Assembly: GCF_006345805.1 (NCBI RefSeq)
Contig: NC_043006.1
Coordinates: 29,698,001-29,762,000, forward strand
Reading direction: 5' to 3'
Length of the DNA stretch: 64,000 nt
Origin: Octopus sinensis
Lineage: Eukaryota
In this document: in pieces, positions 61,961 to 64,000 of the stretch
How the letters are laid out: every line of letters begins with the position of its first letter
Numbering within the stretch: the first letter of the stretch is position 1
The notes under the pieces: generated by a model
Database searches by the model: none
Told to the model about the DNA's origin: nothing
What the model saw: only the letters and a program-made list of their open reading frames with translations
Made by a program: the position numbers and the translations under genes

Positions 61961-63534
61961 TGTATATTCTGTGTATCCTGTCGTTGCTGGGCAATTCTCA
62001 CTTTCGGAATAGCACACCTACATAAAGTTAGATTTTCTCTGAGGGATTTTACAATTTTTTTCTTTCCACCAAACCTTTGAAATTGATGGCGGGAGGCTTT
62101 TTATGAAAAAAAAAATTTTTTAACTTAATTTCAAACAAAAAATGAAATTGATTTAGGCAATAGTGAAATCGTTTTTAATATTTTCATTAACCCTGGCCCT
62201 GCTTAAATCCTAAAATTTTTGGCTTCTTTTTTCTAATTCTTTTTTTTTTTGACAGTTTTAAATGCAGACAGTCCAAATCTGCAATTTGTTTTTGTTTATA
62301 ATTTTCTTATGAAAAGGTGTGATTTAAGGGAGACTTAGTTGTTTCCAGCACATACCATGACCACCATGTACCTTCCTTGTTTCTTTGTCACTCTGACATG
62401 CATTGATATTTTTCAATATTTTTCTCCCCCATAAACACATTTTATAGAACAATGATGCAGTCATCCACAGCTGGGATTTAAGCAACAACAAAAATTTTGT
62501 AATTTAAATTTTTAACCACCCAACACCTCACATCAAGCAAGGCCATGTGTGTGCAAAAAAAAAAAACATATTTACAAACAGAAAAGTATGCTATTAAAAT
62601 AAACTTTTACATCCTTTTTTAAAATCAGCCTGTCGTCCTAATGAAATTCCCTTACAGACATGATATGCACACACACACACACACACACATACACACACTC
62701 AGCATGAGCAATGTATTTTTATAAAGAATGAGAGAGTGTGGTAAATATATATAGAAAGAAGGAAAGTTTACTATGGGAAAAGTAAAAAATGGAAGAGAGA
62801 GAAAGAGAGATGTTTTCTGTTGCAGTCACAGATTTTGAAATTTTAAAATTAAGTGAAAATTTCTAAATTTGGTATATTGATGTACTTTTTCATGCTGAAT
62901 ATGAGTTTGATTCATTTATTCCAGAAAGAGTTTAGAAAAATGTTACAGAGGTTTAAAGTTTGATCATTTTTACCCAATCAGAAAACAGGATTTGTACATG
63001 ATAGCTGTGATAAAATGAAAGTAAGCATTAGAAGATTAGGTCTCAAAGCAAAATGAAAGCAATGCATCAGTGTTAATACATATGCAGAGAGAGAGAGAGA
63101 GAGAGAGAGACAAAGAGTGTGGTAAATATATAGACAGATAGATTGATAGTGACAGATAGTGAGGAAAGTTACCAATCTAAAAGTCGAGTTATTTCCCATA
63201 ACAAATTATATTTTTTCATTATTATTCATATACTCATTCTGCATTCACACTTTTAAATTTTACTTTTTATTTCCACCTGATATTTTCCTAACAACAAGGT
63301 CAGAAGGACACACAATGTAATAGCACACCTTTGATGCAAGTCTGACAAAATACCTCTCTAATGTCGAAAACCACAAATATTACTTTATTTTTCATTTAGA
63401 ATTTTCACATAAACTGGCATTGCAAATGGAGATGGTATGGAAACATTTGTAACTGATAATTAAAGATGTATTAAGGAATTTTCTTTGTCTTCTTTTCATT
63501 GGCATATATATTTTTTATTAATATTTAGCAGATA

Positions 63535-63665
63535 GGCGCAGGAGTGGCTGTGTAATAAGTAGCTTGCTTACCGACCACATGGTTCCGAGTTCAGTCCTAC
63601 TGCGTGGCACTTTGGGCAAAGCCTTGTGAATGGATTTGGTAGACAGAAACTCAAAGATGCCCATC

Positions 63666-63726
<61 letters not shown>

Positions 63727-63955
63727 TGTGTGTGTGTGTGCGTGTGTTTGTGTGTCTGTGTTTGTCCCCCCAACATCGCTTGACAACCAATGCTGGTGTG
63801 TTTACATCCCCATAACTTAGTGGTTCGGCAAAAGAGACAGATAGAATAAAGTACTAGTCTTACAAAGAATAAGTCCTGGGGTCGATTTGCTCGACTAAAA
63901 GTGGTGCTCCAGCATGGCCACAGTCAAATGACTGAAACAAGTAAATGAGTAAAAG
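63535..63955 (+). mobile_element. SINE family S1, full-length and little diverged
   Basis: tRNA-like head GGCGCAGGAGTGGCTGTG...GAGTTCAGTCC, central TA/TG microsatellite, tail GGCCACAGTCAAATGACTGAAACAAGTAAA; CpGs retained. Confidence 0.9.
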
Positions 63956-64000
63956 AGAAGTAAGAGACAGACTCAAAGTCCAACAGTTTCATGCACTGGC

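Overview
AT-rich, microsatellite-dense eukaryotic genomic DNA, almost entirely intronic or intergenic and dominated by decayed transposable elements. The repeat families look like those of an octopus (coleoid cephalopod) genome; this is recalled pattern recognition, not a database check. Contents: a degenerate Ty3/Gypsy element with a recognisable 5' LTR; several RTE-clade LINE copies whose (GAT)n-tailed 3' ends are scattered through the window; an R4/Dong-type REL retrotransposon sitting in (TAA)n arrays; mariner and pogo/Tigger remnants; a non-autonomous Helitron-like element; and at least four tRNA-headed SINE families. No intact gene is recognisable, only a few weak candidate exons. The most striking signal is at 43750-44276. 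Two different small elements embedded in (TA)n each form a spacer-less palindrome (130 bp perfect; 170 bp with 3 mismatches). Each palindrome arm encodes a complete minimal type I hammerhead ribozyme, one per strand, of the kind associated with Penelope-like elements. A tRNA-headed SINE at 52930-53175 carries a decayed third hammerhead-like motif.
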